From Octopus vulgaris (lineage: Eukaryota): a stretch of DNA of 64,000 bases. Made by a program: the position numbers and the translations under genes. The DNA is taken from contig OX597835.1 in assembly GCA_951406725.2 (NCBI GenBank), forward strand, positions 18,352,001-18,416,000, written 5' to 3'. Shown here one piece after another: positions 1-15,235 of the stretch (positions within the stretch are counted from its first letter, which is position 1; every line of letters begins with the position of its first letter). The notes below the pieces were generated by a model. That model saw only the letters and a list, made by a program, of their open reading frames with translations, had not been told where the DNA came from and did not search any database.

Positions 1-314
1 ATATCTTAGGTGCACGCACGAATTTGTGGAAACAAGCTTGGTTCTCAAGTTGACTAAACTGCTTTCAGCTGACCAGAAAGACACCCCGGTTTCAGTTGCA
101 CAAGATCTCCTTGATTGTGTCCAGAACGATGAAAACTTATTTAAAACTTTGCATAGGCCTCTGAACAGGTATCGATAAGCCTTTGGCAAATGTTGATACA
201 GATTCTCTGCACAACTTCCACTGCTCAATACGACGATCACATGCTACACACCTTCCTTCCAAAAACTGCTGTAAACAGAAGAAGCGAGGTGGGACATTAA
301 AACTTACTGCGCCT
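1..314 (+). mobile_element. Partial copy of the mariner-derived long-TIR element seen at 9041-9911
   Basis: Aligns by eye with 9560-9810 (cggtttcagttgcacaagatctccttgattgtg...gaacgatgaaaa...aaacttac). Confidence 0.75.
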
Positions 315-340
315 CCAAAAGAATTTTCAAGTTCAGTACC

Positions 341-579
341 TATTTCTATTTCTTTATTACCCACACGGGGCTAAACATAGAGGGGACAAACATAGACAGA
401 CATAGGTATTAAGTCGATTATATCGACCCCAGTGCGTAACTGGTACTTAATTTATCGACCCCGAAAGGATGAAAGGCAAAGTCGACCTCGGCGGAATTTG
501 AACTCACAACGTAACGGCAGCCGAAATACCGCTAAGCATTTCGCCCGACGTGCTAACGATTCTGCCAGCTCACCGTCTT
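341..579 (-). mobile_element. tRNA-derived SINE family A, full length
   Basis: Minus strand carries a B-box (GTTCAAATTCC) and the core gactttgcctttcatcctttcggggtcgataaattaagtacc. Flanking direct repeat tttcaagttcaRtacc at 325-340 and 578-593. Confidence 0.9.
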
Positions 580-820
580 TCAAGTTCAATACCGCTTGAC
601 GAGTGGTGGGTTGTTTCTATCGCGGTAACTTTGCGATGCGGCAAACGAGAAGGATAAAATCAGAACCATGATTAAAAGAAGAAATACTTGGGGTCGATCC
701 GTTCGTCTGATCCCTCCGAAGTGGTGACCCAGCATGGCAGAAGTCAAATAAGTGAAAAAAGTAAACCACAGTAATTTTATTAATTGCATTAATTTAACAC
801 AGCATTTTTATTAGTTTTTA

Positions 821-1267
821 CGGATCTTTTCTGTTTGAACGGCACTTTTTAACATAATTTCTAGGTAACTAAAAAATTTTTAACTTCGTATACTGGTAGA
901 ATGTGTTTCTAAAACATCTTTTTCTCTTGGCTTTATTGAGAAAATTCTATGGTTTGTAAGATATTTATTGGTTTTTTTTCTTCAATTTCTGCAATTTCAA
1001 CCAATCGATGACGTCTATTGAGGTAAAAAAACATTCTGTGCCGTATGAATATGTCCCTCGTTTAAGAAACAGATTGGGTTTATTTACATTTGTGATGAAA
1101 AAAATATACCCTTCTCCCCACCCCTAACCCTAACCCTATTTAACCCTAACTAACCCTAACCCTAAAACAGATTGAAATGCAATAGATCGATACTAGGGTC
1201 ATAATTATGGGTGACAATTTCATATGACACCGCTTGAAAAAACTGCCGTTCAAACCGAAAAGATCCG
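821..1267. mobile_element. Non-autonomous DNA transposon (MITE) with internal telomere-like repeats
   Basis: ~30-bp TIRs cggatcttttctgtttgaacggcacttttt / aaaaactgccgttcaaaccgaaaagatccg, flanked by tttta on both sides. (TAACCC)n-like tract at ~1121-1165. Confidence 0.85.
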
Positions 1268-2149
1268 TTTTACGAAGAGCATTCTTTAGAAACTACATAT
1301 GTTATAAACTATACTATTTTTCAACGATATATTTTTGAATACTTTTCATATTCAAAGCATTCATAGTTGCGATTCAGTTCTGCTCTAACCACAATAATAA
1401 ATAGATCGACAACTTCGCATAAAATGGTTCCATACCTTACTATCATATAGATTCATTTACTTATTGAAGACCATATTTATCTTTTTAAGTACTTCTGATC
1501 GTTGCTTCTGACTAGCCATTCAAACAATCTTACTACGGGTTCTTTTTAACATATTTCCTTTGTAGCGGTCTCGATTCTCTAATGCCTGGCGTATTCCAAA
1601 GTTTCCCTGTTTACCAAACTTTTATTAGGTATTATACCGGAGTTTCATTTCTGTAATTTATTCCCGTATTGCATGACCGGATTACGTAACGTTTCTACAT
1701 ATTTTTTTAATCCAGGTATTTATCGAGAAACACACCGACTGCTACATGTCGATTTTAAGAAGGTAAGGAAGAACAGGTAGATACAGGTATCACTTTAGGC
1801 AGTGCTCAGTAGACACTTCCTCTTTCAAGGCTCATAATTCAAAACCTAGATTTGAAAATTCTTTACAACGCGAAATAGATAGTGCAGCGAAACACTGAAG
1901 AATCACAAAGAATCACAAAGAATTTTTGTTCTTGTTGCTGCAGTTGTTGTCGGCATTGATTTATTTGGTTTTGACTACATGGCACTTTCAATTCCACAGA
2001 GAAACTATTCATTTCACTAACGTCTGCTAATGTCTTTGAGAATGATGAAGATGTCTTTGAGAAAGACATGTTCACCTGACAACTTACATCGCCCACCTTC
2101 GACTCCGACCAATGTCATTCCCTTACTGTTTCACATATGAAACTGATAC

Positions 2150-2985
<836 letters not shown>

Positions 2986-4074
2986 GTTGAACGTATACAT
3001 ACCTTTGTGTATATGATGTTTGTGTGTATTTGTGCGCGTAAGTTATAGTCTTCATACTGAAATTTCCCATCACACAAAGATCGCATCATTCATCGTGCAT
3101 CATCTCATTTCTTATATTACATCTATATCATGCATTAACCATATTCCACCATTTACTCTCCGTTGTTTGTAATACGATCTTATTTTTGTCCAAACGTCAC
3201 TCATAAAAACCTGATATGATTTCAACTGAGACTCAAGTCAGGAAATCTCAGCTGCCATATCACAACATCCATCAAACTACAATATTTTTACCAAAACCGA
3301 ATGAAAAATTTCCAAGTTGTTTAGTTAGATTATTGCTTTCGTTCACTTAAATATTTTACTTTCTTTTATTTATTTCACATAGACGCTTTTTTTCTAACGC
3401 TCCATCTCATTTTTACTTTTTGGTTCTACAAATCTTCGCACCATCTACCCAACCCCTGTCGTATATGTGCTCTTTCTATATTTCATTCTCATTCTATCAC
3501 TTTCTTTCTCTCTTCCACACTCTCCATCTCTCATCATCTCTCACCATCTCTCTCTGTCTCTATGTATCTCTCTTATTGCGACGCTTCGACTTTCACTTTC
3601 ACTTTGTCACTTGAAGTATTTCTCCGTCTATGTCTTCTCTCTCTATCTTCTACGCTTCTTCTCTCTGTTTCCTTCCATCTGCTCACTTTCTCTCTATCCC
3701 TCTCTATCAGTCTGCCTCTGCCTTCTGATTTTTACATCCCCTCCCACTCTCTCTCTCTCTCTCTCTGTCTATCTTCCTTTATTTTTCACTGATTTTAAAA
3801 GCACGACATGTCCTTATACTTTCTTCTCTTCTTTTCCCGCGCTTCCTATCTGTCTGTCTGTCTGTCTACAAGTCTGTCAATCTCTCTTTCGCACTCTCTC
3901 AGTCCCTGTCTCTCTCGTCAGTCTTTTCCTCTCTCAACTCGGCTCCAATAATCGACGTCTTCTGTCTCTTGACCTCTCCATCTGTATCTCATTTTTTACC
4001 TTCCTACCATTCTAACAGTCTTTCTCTCTATCTCCCATTTTACCATCTCTCTCTTTCTTTTTCTATATATATAA

Positions 4075-4474
4075 CTAGCAGTATCTTCCGCCGGTGTTGC
4101 TCGGGTTTGTAAGGGAAATAACTATATCAGCATTTTTAGAGAGTTATAGCCAAAACATAGCAAAAAAATGCATTAAAAATGGAAAAAAATTATGGTAAAT
4201 TTTTTTTTAAATCGTTGACTCATCGTAGACATTTTTAGAGAGTTACTGCCCTTATATAATAGCGAAAAAAATGCATTAAAATGGAAAGAAATGATGGTAA
4301 TTTTTTTTTAAATCGTAGACTCATCGTAGACGCGCGCTAATACCCAGAAGGACTCGATATGAATCACGACTATAAGATACCCGGTTTTGGTTAGACTGCA
4401 CCGCAAAATGTGGGAGTAGTTAGGAATCTAAATCGTAGGAGACAGACACACAACTTGACTTTTATATATAAAGA
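4075..4474 (-). mobile_element. Non-autonomous Helitron-like element
   Basis: Minus strand begins TC (tctttatatataaaagtc) and ends with a GC-rich subterminal segment (cccgagcaacaccggcgg) followed by CTAG. Inserted between A and T with no TSD. Internal ~100-bp tandem duplication at 4131-4330. Confidence 0.75.
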
Positions 4475-4475
4475 T

Positions 4476-4841
4476 AACTTGCTTACCAACCACATGGTTC
4501 CGGATTCAGTCCCACTGTGTGACACCTTAGGCAAGTGTCTTCTACTATAGCCTTGGGTCGGGCCAGGCCCTGTGAGTGGATTTGGGAGCCGGAAACTGAA
4601 AGAAGCTAGTCGTATGTGCGTGTATGTGTGTGTGCATATATGTTTTTGTGTATGTGTTTGTACCCCCACCATCACTTAACAACCGGTGTTGGTGTGTTTA
4701 CGTCCCCGTAATTTAGCGTTTTGGCCAAAGAGATCGATAGGATAAGTCGGAAGCTTACAAAGAATAAGGCCTGGGGCTGATTTGCTCGACGAAATGCGGT
4801 GCTCCAGTATGGCCGCAGTCAAATGACTGAAACAAATAAAA

Positions 4842-4845
<4 letters not shown>
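4476..4845 (+). mobile_element. SINE family B, 5' head missing
   Basis: Matches the full copies at 35500, 42387 and 61123 (ggaaactgaaagaagc...aaatgactgaaac). Confidence 0.9.
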
Positions 4846-4886
<41 letters not shown>

Positions 4887-4988
4887 CATATATGTATATA
4901 TTATATAAATACACATATATATATATATATTATATATATGTATAATATATATATACATATTTATATTATTTATATATATATATGTTAT

Positions 4989-5051
<63 letters not shown>

Positions 5052-5719
5052 ATGTATATATATATATATGCTTATATATATATATATGTGTCTGTGTGTG
5101 CTTGTCTTGTGTGTATCAACGATTTATTCTTTTGCTGTTTCCGACATCTTTAGAAAGTGAATCTTAATCTGGTTCTTTCTCTCGCAACGTCTCGCTTTCC
5201 GTCTCCTTCTCTCTTTCCTGTCTCTCACGCACACAAACACACACATAGACAGACACATGCACGTACACAGACACTCACAGCCACACACACGCACACACAC
5301 ACAGACGCTCGAACACACACACACACACACATAAGCAAAGACAGAGAAACGGATGTGCAAATCTTTAAACGCATCAATAGATTTATAACACCTGACTATG
5401 CACTTCTCCTAACCTGCGAACGTTCCTACTTCAATGGCCAATATTTCAAGAATGGCTGGAATAAAAGATCAATGGAACCATATTTGGAGAGAGTCTCAAC
5501 ATCTTCGAGTAGATTCCTTTCGTCGCGCTGACCTCGTTTTTGTCTTTTAGTCCCGGTTTGACCTTCACTGAACAAATATAAAATCGTAAGATAGTCAACC
5601 ATAAGCATTCCATATTGCTCCTTTTACGCTTGTTAGTTTCTCTCCATCAATCTATCTTCCTCGGTTTTCTGTTTCATTCTGATAACTTTTATTTCTTACA
5701 TTCTGCACATCATATATAT

Positions 5720-6112
5720 GTGGAGGCGCAATGGCGCAGTGGTTAGGGCAGCGGACTCGCGGTCGTAGGATCGCGGTTTCAATTCCCAGACCGGGCATTG
5801 TGAGTGTTTGTTGAGCAAAAACACCTAAAGCTTCACGAGGCTCCTGCAGGGGAGGGGGGGTGAACCCTGCTGTACTCTTTCACCACAATTTTCTCTCACT
5901 CTTTCTTCCTGTTTCTGTTGTACCTGTATTTCAAAGGGCCAGCCTTGTCATACTCTGTGTCACGCTGAATCTCCTCGAGAACTACGTTAAGGGTACACGT
6001 GTCTGTGGAGTACTCAGCCACTTGCACGTTAATTCCACGAGCAAGCTGTTCCGTTGATCGTATCAGCTGGGACCCTCATCGTCGTAACCGACAGAGTGCT
6101 CCTACTACTACT
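5720..6112 (+). mobile_element. tRNA-derived SINE family C (resembles octopus OR1-type SINE)
   Basis: A-box TGGCGCAGTGG, B-box GTTTCAATTCC and (cta)n tail. TSD catcatatat at 5708-5717 and 6114-6123. Family name is from memory and not verified. Confidence 0.85.
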
Positions 6113-6329
6113 GCATCATATATTCTCGTGATAGTCGAGAATATGAGAGAAACAGGAGAACAGCGGACAGAAGGACTGGCGCTAATATCTCCTCATCTCT
6201 TCGTTTTGTGTTCGAATCCTGGCTGGGTCAGTTTTGCCTTTCCATCTTTCGTAGTACAGAAATAAAAGACCACTCCACCGAATGCACCAGTACTTTTCTA
6301 TTCTCATTTATCTTTATATCAGTTGGAAT

Positions 6330-7270
6330 GGGGGTTTTTTATAGTCTATCGAGGCTTTTGACAAGTTTTTGTGTCGTTTGTGACAATCTTCCTTGATCAA
6401 CTTATTGATGAGTAGTTGATCTTTACAACCATAGGATCCAGGTTTACATCCTTTTTGCTCATCAGGGAATAAGCTGCTTTCTATAAAAAAAAACTAAAGG
6501 TAAATTCAGTCAAGACATGTTAGAGTTTTATACATTGTTGTTAAACAGGTTATGGATCGATAATATGTTGGTTCATTTGGTTCTTCATTTTTTGGAAGTA
6601 AGAATGTTATACCATTAACTAGCCAAGGGGGAATCATGCTAGGTTGTTGCAGAACATTGTTGTAAAGGATTGTTAGCAGTTCCTGGGACTCTGGAAAGGC
6701 ATTCAACCAGAAGTTAGAAACGTTATCCTTTCCTGGAGATTTCTATTTACTTGACTTGCTCAGAGCAGATCTGATATCCCCTACCTTGATGCACTCCCAC
6801 TTTTGGTCTTCTTAGGAGTCTAAGTCTAGATATTCTATAAATTCATTGCGTATTTTTTCTTCTGCCAAAATTTCATTCCAAAATACCTGTACTTCTTTTG
6901 ATGGGACAGACTTTACTGTTACTGGTATTTTCCCTATCTGTCTATAAAACTTTTTGGGATTATTCTTGAAAATGTTGTCCTTGAAGAATCTATCTGTTTA
7001 TTTATTATCCACAAGGGGCTAAACATAGAGGGGACAAACAAGGACAGACAAACGGATTAAGTCGATTACATCATCCCCAGTGCGTAACTAGTACTTAATT
7101 TATCGACCCCGAAAGGATGAAAGGCAAAGTCGACCTCGGCGGAATTTGAACTCAGAACATAACGGCAGGACGAAATACGGCTACGCATTTCGCCCGGTGT
7201 GCTAACGTTTCTGCCAGCTCGCCGCCTTGAAGAATCTATTGCGCTTTTCACACCTGCACGCAGCTCATTA
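6330..7270 (-). mobile_element. Degraded R4/Dong-clade LINE, reverse transcriptase region
   Basis: Translates to KRNRFFKDNIFKNNPKKFYRQIG, GITFLLPK...YRSITCLTTMYKTLT and GSYGCKDQLLINK...IDYKK, with stops and frameshifts. Interrupted by a SINE A. Confidence 0.85.
6996..7228 (-). mobile_element. SINE family A inserted in the LINE
   Basis: Full length. Direct repeat ccttgaagaatctat at 6979-6993 and 7225-7239. Confidence 0.92.
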
Positions 7271-7309
7271 TTCTTTTTCGTATTCGTATTATTACTATTA
7301 TTATCATTA

Positions 7310-7718
<409 letters not shown>

Positions 7719-7721
7719 TTA

Positions 7722-7768
<47 letters not shown>

Positions 7769-7769
7769 T

Positions 7770-7806
<37 letters not shown>

Positions 7807-9040
7807 ATGTGTGTATGTGTGTCGGCTTGTTTGCATACACATATATGCGCGTGTCTATGCGTGTGTGATTGCATTTTTGTACGTTGTGGTAACACAGGCT
7901 GAATTTGCAAACTTCAACCTTTAAGAACTTGCCAAATAAACTTTATTTGGACAATTCTAAACTATTTCCTTGTCTTTCTCCTTTTCTATGGAAACACACG
8001 CACCTACATACACTTGGTCACAGAGTCATTATATATATATATAAATAAGGAGACAAAGAAAGATAAGAAGAGAGTGAAGGAAAAAATGGAAAGCGATAGG
8101 TACTCTTTTTTTTATATTTGGTTTCATGTCTATCATCTGAAATATCAAAGAATTGTTCAGTACAGTAGAAGGTATTGTTTCTGGAGGCATCGTGATCTAC
8201 CGAGACTATCCAAAAGCAGTGTCTGTCCCTTTGATGTAATAAACCGTAGAAATAGTTGCAGAGGATATATTTGGACTCAGAAGTAGAAAAAGATACGTAT
8301 TGAAAATTTAATGAAAAGACTTGTAAATACTTACATTCCCTGAGAGCGATTTGACAGACAGGATGTTAAGTAATGCAAATTATAACGTCTGGCGTTTCTT
8401 ACATCAGAACTGGCAGCGACTGGTGTTTACCAAGCGCCGTCATCTGCTGAAAAAAAGAAAGGAAATAAAAATAGTTAAGTAGGTGTTGTCAAAATTAAAA
8501 TTACATTTATGACAAAAAAATGTAAGAACTTAGTTATCTTTTGGTAAAAAAAAAAAAACGTAACTGGGAAATAACTTACTTGTTACATTTACATTAATTA
8601 ACAATAATTTTCATCAATTAGCATTAATTACTAATTGAATATAGTGATGCAGTGTTGAAAGAAATAAGAATCTTGGTGCCAGTGGAAACAACTGCGATTA
8701 TATTTCAGCCATGTTCCTCTTCTTCGGCAACGCAGTGTCTAATGATACGGTTAACGAATGATGGAAACTAGATCAAATAGTACAAGGAATGTCTCGCATT
8801 GTTGCTGCACTTATCGATGTTATGATTGGTGCTGTTATTGTACCTGTTTGACCGCAATTATTTAATTTGACAAATCATTTATCAGATGAAATCCAGAAAT
8901 GACAGTCCTAGTATTTGTGAATATCTACTGCCATCTCTTGTAGTTAGAACATCCAGCCGACACCAAAACGTCTCTCTTGAGAAATCTAGGTGATTATTGT
9001 TTAAGGTTTTCTATCTTTTTTGTCAAAGATACTGCATATA

Positions 9041-9911
9041 CGAAGTCTGATCAATAAGTATCGGAACTGTTGACATAGTAACGAAGCTAAAGAATGTAGA
9101 GTAAAGCCACCAAGCACCGATTGCCCTTTAACACAGCTGTGCATGTGCATTAACTTTTACCGTTCTAACTCACTTTCGTTGTTTACAGCAGTGCTTGGAA
9201 GAAAGGTGTGTGGTGCGTGACCGACGCATTGACCATGACAGAAAAAACTATCATAACGTTACCTCCTCAGAGACATACGAAACGTTGCAAAAAGTGTATG
9301 GAGAGGAGTGTACGAACCTCACAAACATGTACGTGTGGTTCAGATGTTTCCAACATAGACGAAATAATGTCGAAATTCACGAAGGTTCAGGAGACCCGCA
9401 AGTAGCAGAACTCAGAAAAACATCGCAGATGTGCGTACAGCTGTGTCGGGAGATCGTCGAATCACTGTCCGTGAGTCATCAGAGGATGTGCAGATTAGTT
9501 ACGGTTCAGTTCGGTCCATTATCACTGAAGATTATAGTATGAGACACATGTCTGCCAACTTTGTGCTAAAAGTGCTTTTAGTTGACCAAAACGACATTCG
9601 GGTTTCAGTTACACAAGATCTCCTTGATTGTGCCGCGAACGATGAAAATTTTTAGAAAACTTTGCATATGCCTCTAAGGAGGTATCGCCAAGCTTTTGAC
9701 AAAATTTGATGCAGATTCTCTGCCGAAATTCACTGCCATGTTCAATGCGACGATCACACGTTATACATCTTCCTTCCAAGAAGTGAGAACGTTAAAACTT
9801 AGTACGCCTGTACAGCAGTGTTCAAGGTCATTCTGTACCAAGCGGCTTTTGTCTGTGTGTCTTAGCTTCGCTACTATGGTAACAGTCCTAATACTTATTT
9901 ATCAGAGCACG
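9041..9911 (+). mobile_element. Mariner-derived non-autonomous element with long imperfect TIRs
   Basis: TA on both sides (9039-9040, 9912-9913). Inverted ends cgaagtctgatcaataagta / tacttatttatcagagcacg extend ~200 bp. Transposase N-terminus ETYETLQKVYGEE...VWFRCF and DRRITVRE...ISYGSV. Confidence 0.9.
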
Positions 9912-10189
9912 TACGAGGGAGAGGGATAATTGGCTGCTAATTCCATGTCAAATATGTAGAGCGGTCATATGGAACGTCTCCCAATGACTCACAATGCGGA
10001 AGTTAATTACGAACGATGACTTATTTCATTCAGTTCAGCCCTGATGAATGTCCTATCAATCATGATTACGCCATCTTAAATCCGATATGATGTTTTCGAC
10101 AATATTATGGAATGCGATATCTATATTTGTCAATAATCTATCAGATCGATGAATAAATGCAATTTAGCTGTGACCGTCCATATCATATA

Positions 10190-10602
<413 letters not shown>

Positions 10603-10621
10603 TACATATACACACACATAT

Positions 10622-10770
10622 TGTGACCACATGTGAATCGTTGGCGATTATTTTCCTTCGTCATCCTTTTCTCTGTCTGTTGTTTCTGAAGGGGAGGCCA
10701 CCTTTCTTTCCTTCTCTGAGCGTCTGCTAATACTTTGCATGCACCACGTCCTCACGTTGTTTCTTTCTTT
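10622..10770 (+). mobile_element. Degraded copy of the PLE-like repeat at 41995-42200 (hammerhead deleted)
   Basis: gaccacatgtg..cgttggcgatt...tgtttctga...ctgagcgtc...ccacgtcct matches the reverse complement of 42020-42200. Confidence 0.6.
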
Positions 10771-11654
10771 TTTTTTTTTTGAGGTCGAGAGATAGAAAAG
10801 GAAGAGCATTTAGTGCTGAAGCGATGAGCCATGAATGAAGTAGGATTCAAACTGTTGTGGTGGTCTACGCATAGGGTAAACACACACGCACACAGATACA
10901 GATACACTTGATGGTTCTGTTAAAGGTAGGTTTTGTTATTAGTATAACATTTCACCAACCTCTCAGATATGAAAGCTTAATATGTCTACGGCAGGTTTGA
11001 AAATTTAGAAAGCAAAATGGCGTGACAGATTATGCAGAATATATTTTCCAGTACTCTGTAAGTTATCTCTTAAATAAATACATGGGTTTATCATTGCCGT
11101 TGTGCTTCAGGGCCACTGCAAGCCTCATCGCTAAAATGCCAACGTTAAACTGACAAGGCTAATTGGATTTCTCACATAGGAACCATATTGACGTACTGGA
11201 GTGGTTCACGTCACGAGGTTATATCTTCAAAACGACATTAATTAGCGTAGGGAATGGCTCCAGTTTCAAGTTGGCTAGTCAGAAATAACAAACAAGTATA
11301 TCTCATACACTCTACGTTGGATGAGGTATTCCTACGTAAGCGTGAAACGTACGCATAAAAATGATGGTGTCAAATTTTTCTCACAAGTTCAAAAAGTTTG
11401 TTCGAGGGCATAAGTGGATTGCATAGAACGCAGTGCTCCTAACGGTCAACCTCGGTGGAGATTGAATTCAGCGTGTATTTCACATAATTCAAGCAATCAA
11501 CGAGGCTAGATATAGTAATGAAAAGCAACAAAAAAGGACGAAAACAAGAAAACGAAAAAAAGAAAAACAGCAACAACAAAACTACAACAACTGTCCAAAA
11601 ATTACAATGTTAGTTTTGGAGGCTCTCGTTTGTGAGTCAATATCGATCTCAACG

Positions 11655-11725
<71 letters not shown>

Positions 11726-12014
11726 CTTGCTTAGAGAAGAAGAAACGATACGAAACGAATCGAATCGAATCGACGCGAGGGCGCTCAGTCATACAATAGT
11801 GTAATAAATAAAATATATGCATACATGCATACATATATGTACGTACCTACATCTACATGTATATATACATGCATATATAAATATATATGCGTGAGTACAG
11901 GACACCACAAATAGACGTAGAATTCAACGAGAAACGAAAACGTAAAAACAAGCATGGAACGGACCTTTTTTTTAACAACGAAAAAACATATATATATATA
12001 TATATAAAGATATT

Positions 12015-12733
12015 TTACAAAAAATGTTTGAATACTGCTTCAGTTTACTGTCAAAGTTTTTGATATGCAATTTGAAATTGTTATGCAATTTGATATGCAA
12101 TTTGAAATTGAAGTGTTAATTTATATATTACGACGTCACGTATGACATTTGCAGTGAGGTATATGGTAAAATTCGACAGAGGCTCATTTTGCGCTGTCTT
12201 TATATTTTGCCAATCTTTATTTTTTCTGAGAAAGCTGAAACAGCTATTTCTTTATTCGAAATTATTTTGCACTTTATGAAGTATTTTTAAATCGTTTCTT
12301 GCTAATTTCGTTTCGAGATGTATAAGTCAGAAATTGGTACAGTTTTGAAATATGAATTCTTACTTGGAAATACAGCATCACAGAGAGCTCGGAATATTGG
12401 TGAAGTATATCATTCTAATGTTAATACAAAGCAGACAGTATCAAATTGATTTCCAAAATTTTCTTCTGGTAACGTTGACCTCACAAATGAGCAATTCGGT
12501 CGATAAGAAACAAACGTGGATAGTGACGAACAGAAAGCCAGCTTCGAATCAGAGCCATCTCAAGGTTCTCGTGAATTATCGCTGTTGTTTGGTGGTAGCA
12601 AGCCTAGATTGGTCAACAGATCCACTTCTATTTTATTGCAACACAACGCAAGACCACATGTCAGAAAAATGACGTTGGCGAAACCACACGAATTGCAATT
12701 GGACGTTCTCCATCATCCAGCATACTCACCTGA

Positions 12734-12738
<5 letters not shown>
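12015..12738 (+). mobile_element. Degraded mariner transposase remnant
   Basis: N-terminal YEFLLGNTASQRARNIGEVY and catalytic-region ILLQHNARPH...LHHPAYSPEL (HDNARPH and YSPDL motifs), internally deleted. Boundaries approximate. Confidence 0.8.
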
Positions 12739-12764
<26 letters not shown>

Positions 12765-12767
12765 CAT

Positions 12768-12814
<47 letters not shown>

Positions 12815-12856
12815 AACATAAATGCTTGTGTATCTATGTATAGTTTATACACAAAC

Positions 12857-12910
<54 letters not shown>

Positions 12911-13245
12911 CGTTGCTATCAGTTCTTTTAAATTTCGATATCTTCAAAATTTTAACGTAGTCTATCGTACATTTAAACACAGACACAGACACAGACACAC
13001 ACACACACACACACACATACAGACAAACATACGCAGACATACATGCACACACAGCCCCCACACGCACACACATGCTCCCACGCATATATACACACACCTA
13101 AATCACACACGTATTCCTCTAGTCTCCTTCCTTTTATCAATAACAAGCGGACTGACACGGGCCCCATTAATATCACTTACCCACTTCTCTCTCTCCCTTC
13201 CCTATATATATAAATGTATCGGTCCATGCTTATATACATACATAG

Positions 13246-13306
<61 letters not shown>

Positions 13307-13348
13307 AACATACATATATATATATATACATATATATATATGCACACA

Positions 13349-13419
<71 letters not shown>

Positions 13420-13422
13420 GTA

Positions 13423-13482
<60 letters not shown>

Positions 13483-13914
13483 CCTTTCTCTTTCACATTA
13501 CATGACTTGAGAGATATTGGAATGACCTTCTGGTTTGATCTCCGATCGCCTAGTTAGTTCGATTGATGTATTGGAACGTCACGACGATCATTTGTTGTCC
13601 AACGCCTTCGACAAGCTCAACCTACGAATCAATCACATCAGTTGGCATTCATTGACACCAACTGAACTATGAACCCGAAGTTTCGGCACGCCACTAATGC
13701 TAAACATGATGATTATTTTGATGATTATCAGGAATTAGTCGAAGACCGATAATACTTTATTAGTTGTGGCATCTCATCTCATATGAACTTACGCTGGTTT
13801 AACAAATAAATGTACGAATTATTATTGCCATGAATTTCATGGTGTATATGAAGCGTATTTACTAAATGATTAACTATGAAACGGTTCTAACATTCTATTC
13901 GTTATATTGTTATT

Positions 13915-14462
13915 TATAGGTAACTAAGCCGATGAGCTGCCGCTACGTTCTGAGTTCAAATTCAGCCGACGTCGACTTTCATCCTTTTGGGTTCGATCAA
14001 CTAAGTACCAGTGAACCACTGGGGACGATGTAGTCTGTTTCTTTATTGCCCACAAGGGGCTAAACATAGAGGGGACAAACAAGGACAGACAAACGGATTA
14101 AGTCGATTACATCGACCCCAGTGCGTAACTGGTACTTAATTTATCCACCCCGAAAGGATGAAAGACAAAGTCGACCTCGGCGGAATTTGAACTCAGAACG
14201 CAACGACAGACGCAATACCTCTAAGCATTTCGCCCGGTGTGCTAACGTTTCTGCCAGCTCGCCGCCTTAGTGGGGACGATGTAATCGATTAGTCTTCTCC
14301 CCACAAATTTCACGCCTGGTTCCTATAGTAAAAAGGGTTATTACTAGGTAACTATGGTGATGAGCTGCCGCTACGTTCTGTGTTCAATTACAGCCGGAGT
14401 CGACTTTCATCATTTAGGCGTCGATAAATTAAGTACCAGTGAAACACTGGGGTGAATGTAAC
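13915..14462 (+). mobile_element. Older SINE A subfamily, locally duplicated, with a young SINE A nested on the minus strand (14038-14268)
   Basis: Direct repeat tggggacgatgta at 14020-14032 and 14271-14283 flanks the nested copy. The two old copies share the same deletions. Confidence 0.85.
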
Positions 14463-14590
14463 CTAAAAAAAAACATCTCCACCGACATACCACAAAGCCT
14501 TTGTGATTTCGCCTTGCGATGATGCTTGTCTCCAACAACATACGTCCACAACGTAGTAACTGGGTTCATCCCCAGCGTGACTACTACTAG

Positions 14591-14646
<56 letters not shown>

Positions 14647-14714
14647 TTATTTCGTTTTGCTATTATTAACTTCATGATCACTACTGTATATTTGTCATAA
14701 GTAAAATGTGTATC

Positions 14715-14782
<68 letters not shown>

Positions 14783-14859
14783 AAATATATATATGTATAT
14801 ATATACACATATAAATATATATATATATATATCATACATATATATACATATATACATAA

Positions 14860-15027
14860 ATATATACATATATATACGCACGTACTTACATGTATACATG
14901 CATTGAAAATGCGTTATGTATATATGTTTATATATATATATACATTCACATATATATTTTTGCCTCTGCGCATGCGTGCGTGGATGTTTGTGTGTCCATT
15001 TCTGTGTGCGTTTGTTTGTGTGTGGAG

Positions 15028-15075
<48 letters not shown>

Positions 15076-15235
15076 TATACGCACGTACTTACATGTATAC
15101 ATGCATTGAAAATGCGTTATGTATATATGTTTATATATATATACATTCACATATATATATTTATGCCTCTGCGCATGCGTGCGTGGATGTTTGTGTGTCC
15201 ATTTCTGTGTGCGTTTGTTTGTGTGTGCAGTATAA
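14860..15235. repeat. ~200-bp tandem duplication
   Basis: tatacgcacgtacttacatgtatacatgcattgaaaatgcg...gtttgtgtgtg occurs twice, nearly identical. Confidence 0.9.

Noticed and set aside
1121-1165. True telomere or chromosome fusion scar
   Set aside because: The tract is short, degenerate and enclosed within MITE TIRs.
1863-2142. 77-aa minus-strand ORF or small exon ending in gtaagt at 2087
   Set aside because: No recognisable homology and no convincing polypyrimidine acceptor.
5722-5795. tRNA gene (also 32724-32795)
   Set aside because: A and B boxes are present but run into SINE bodies with tails and TSDs; no clean cloverleaf was seen.
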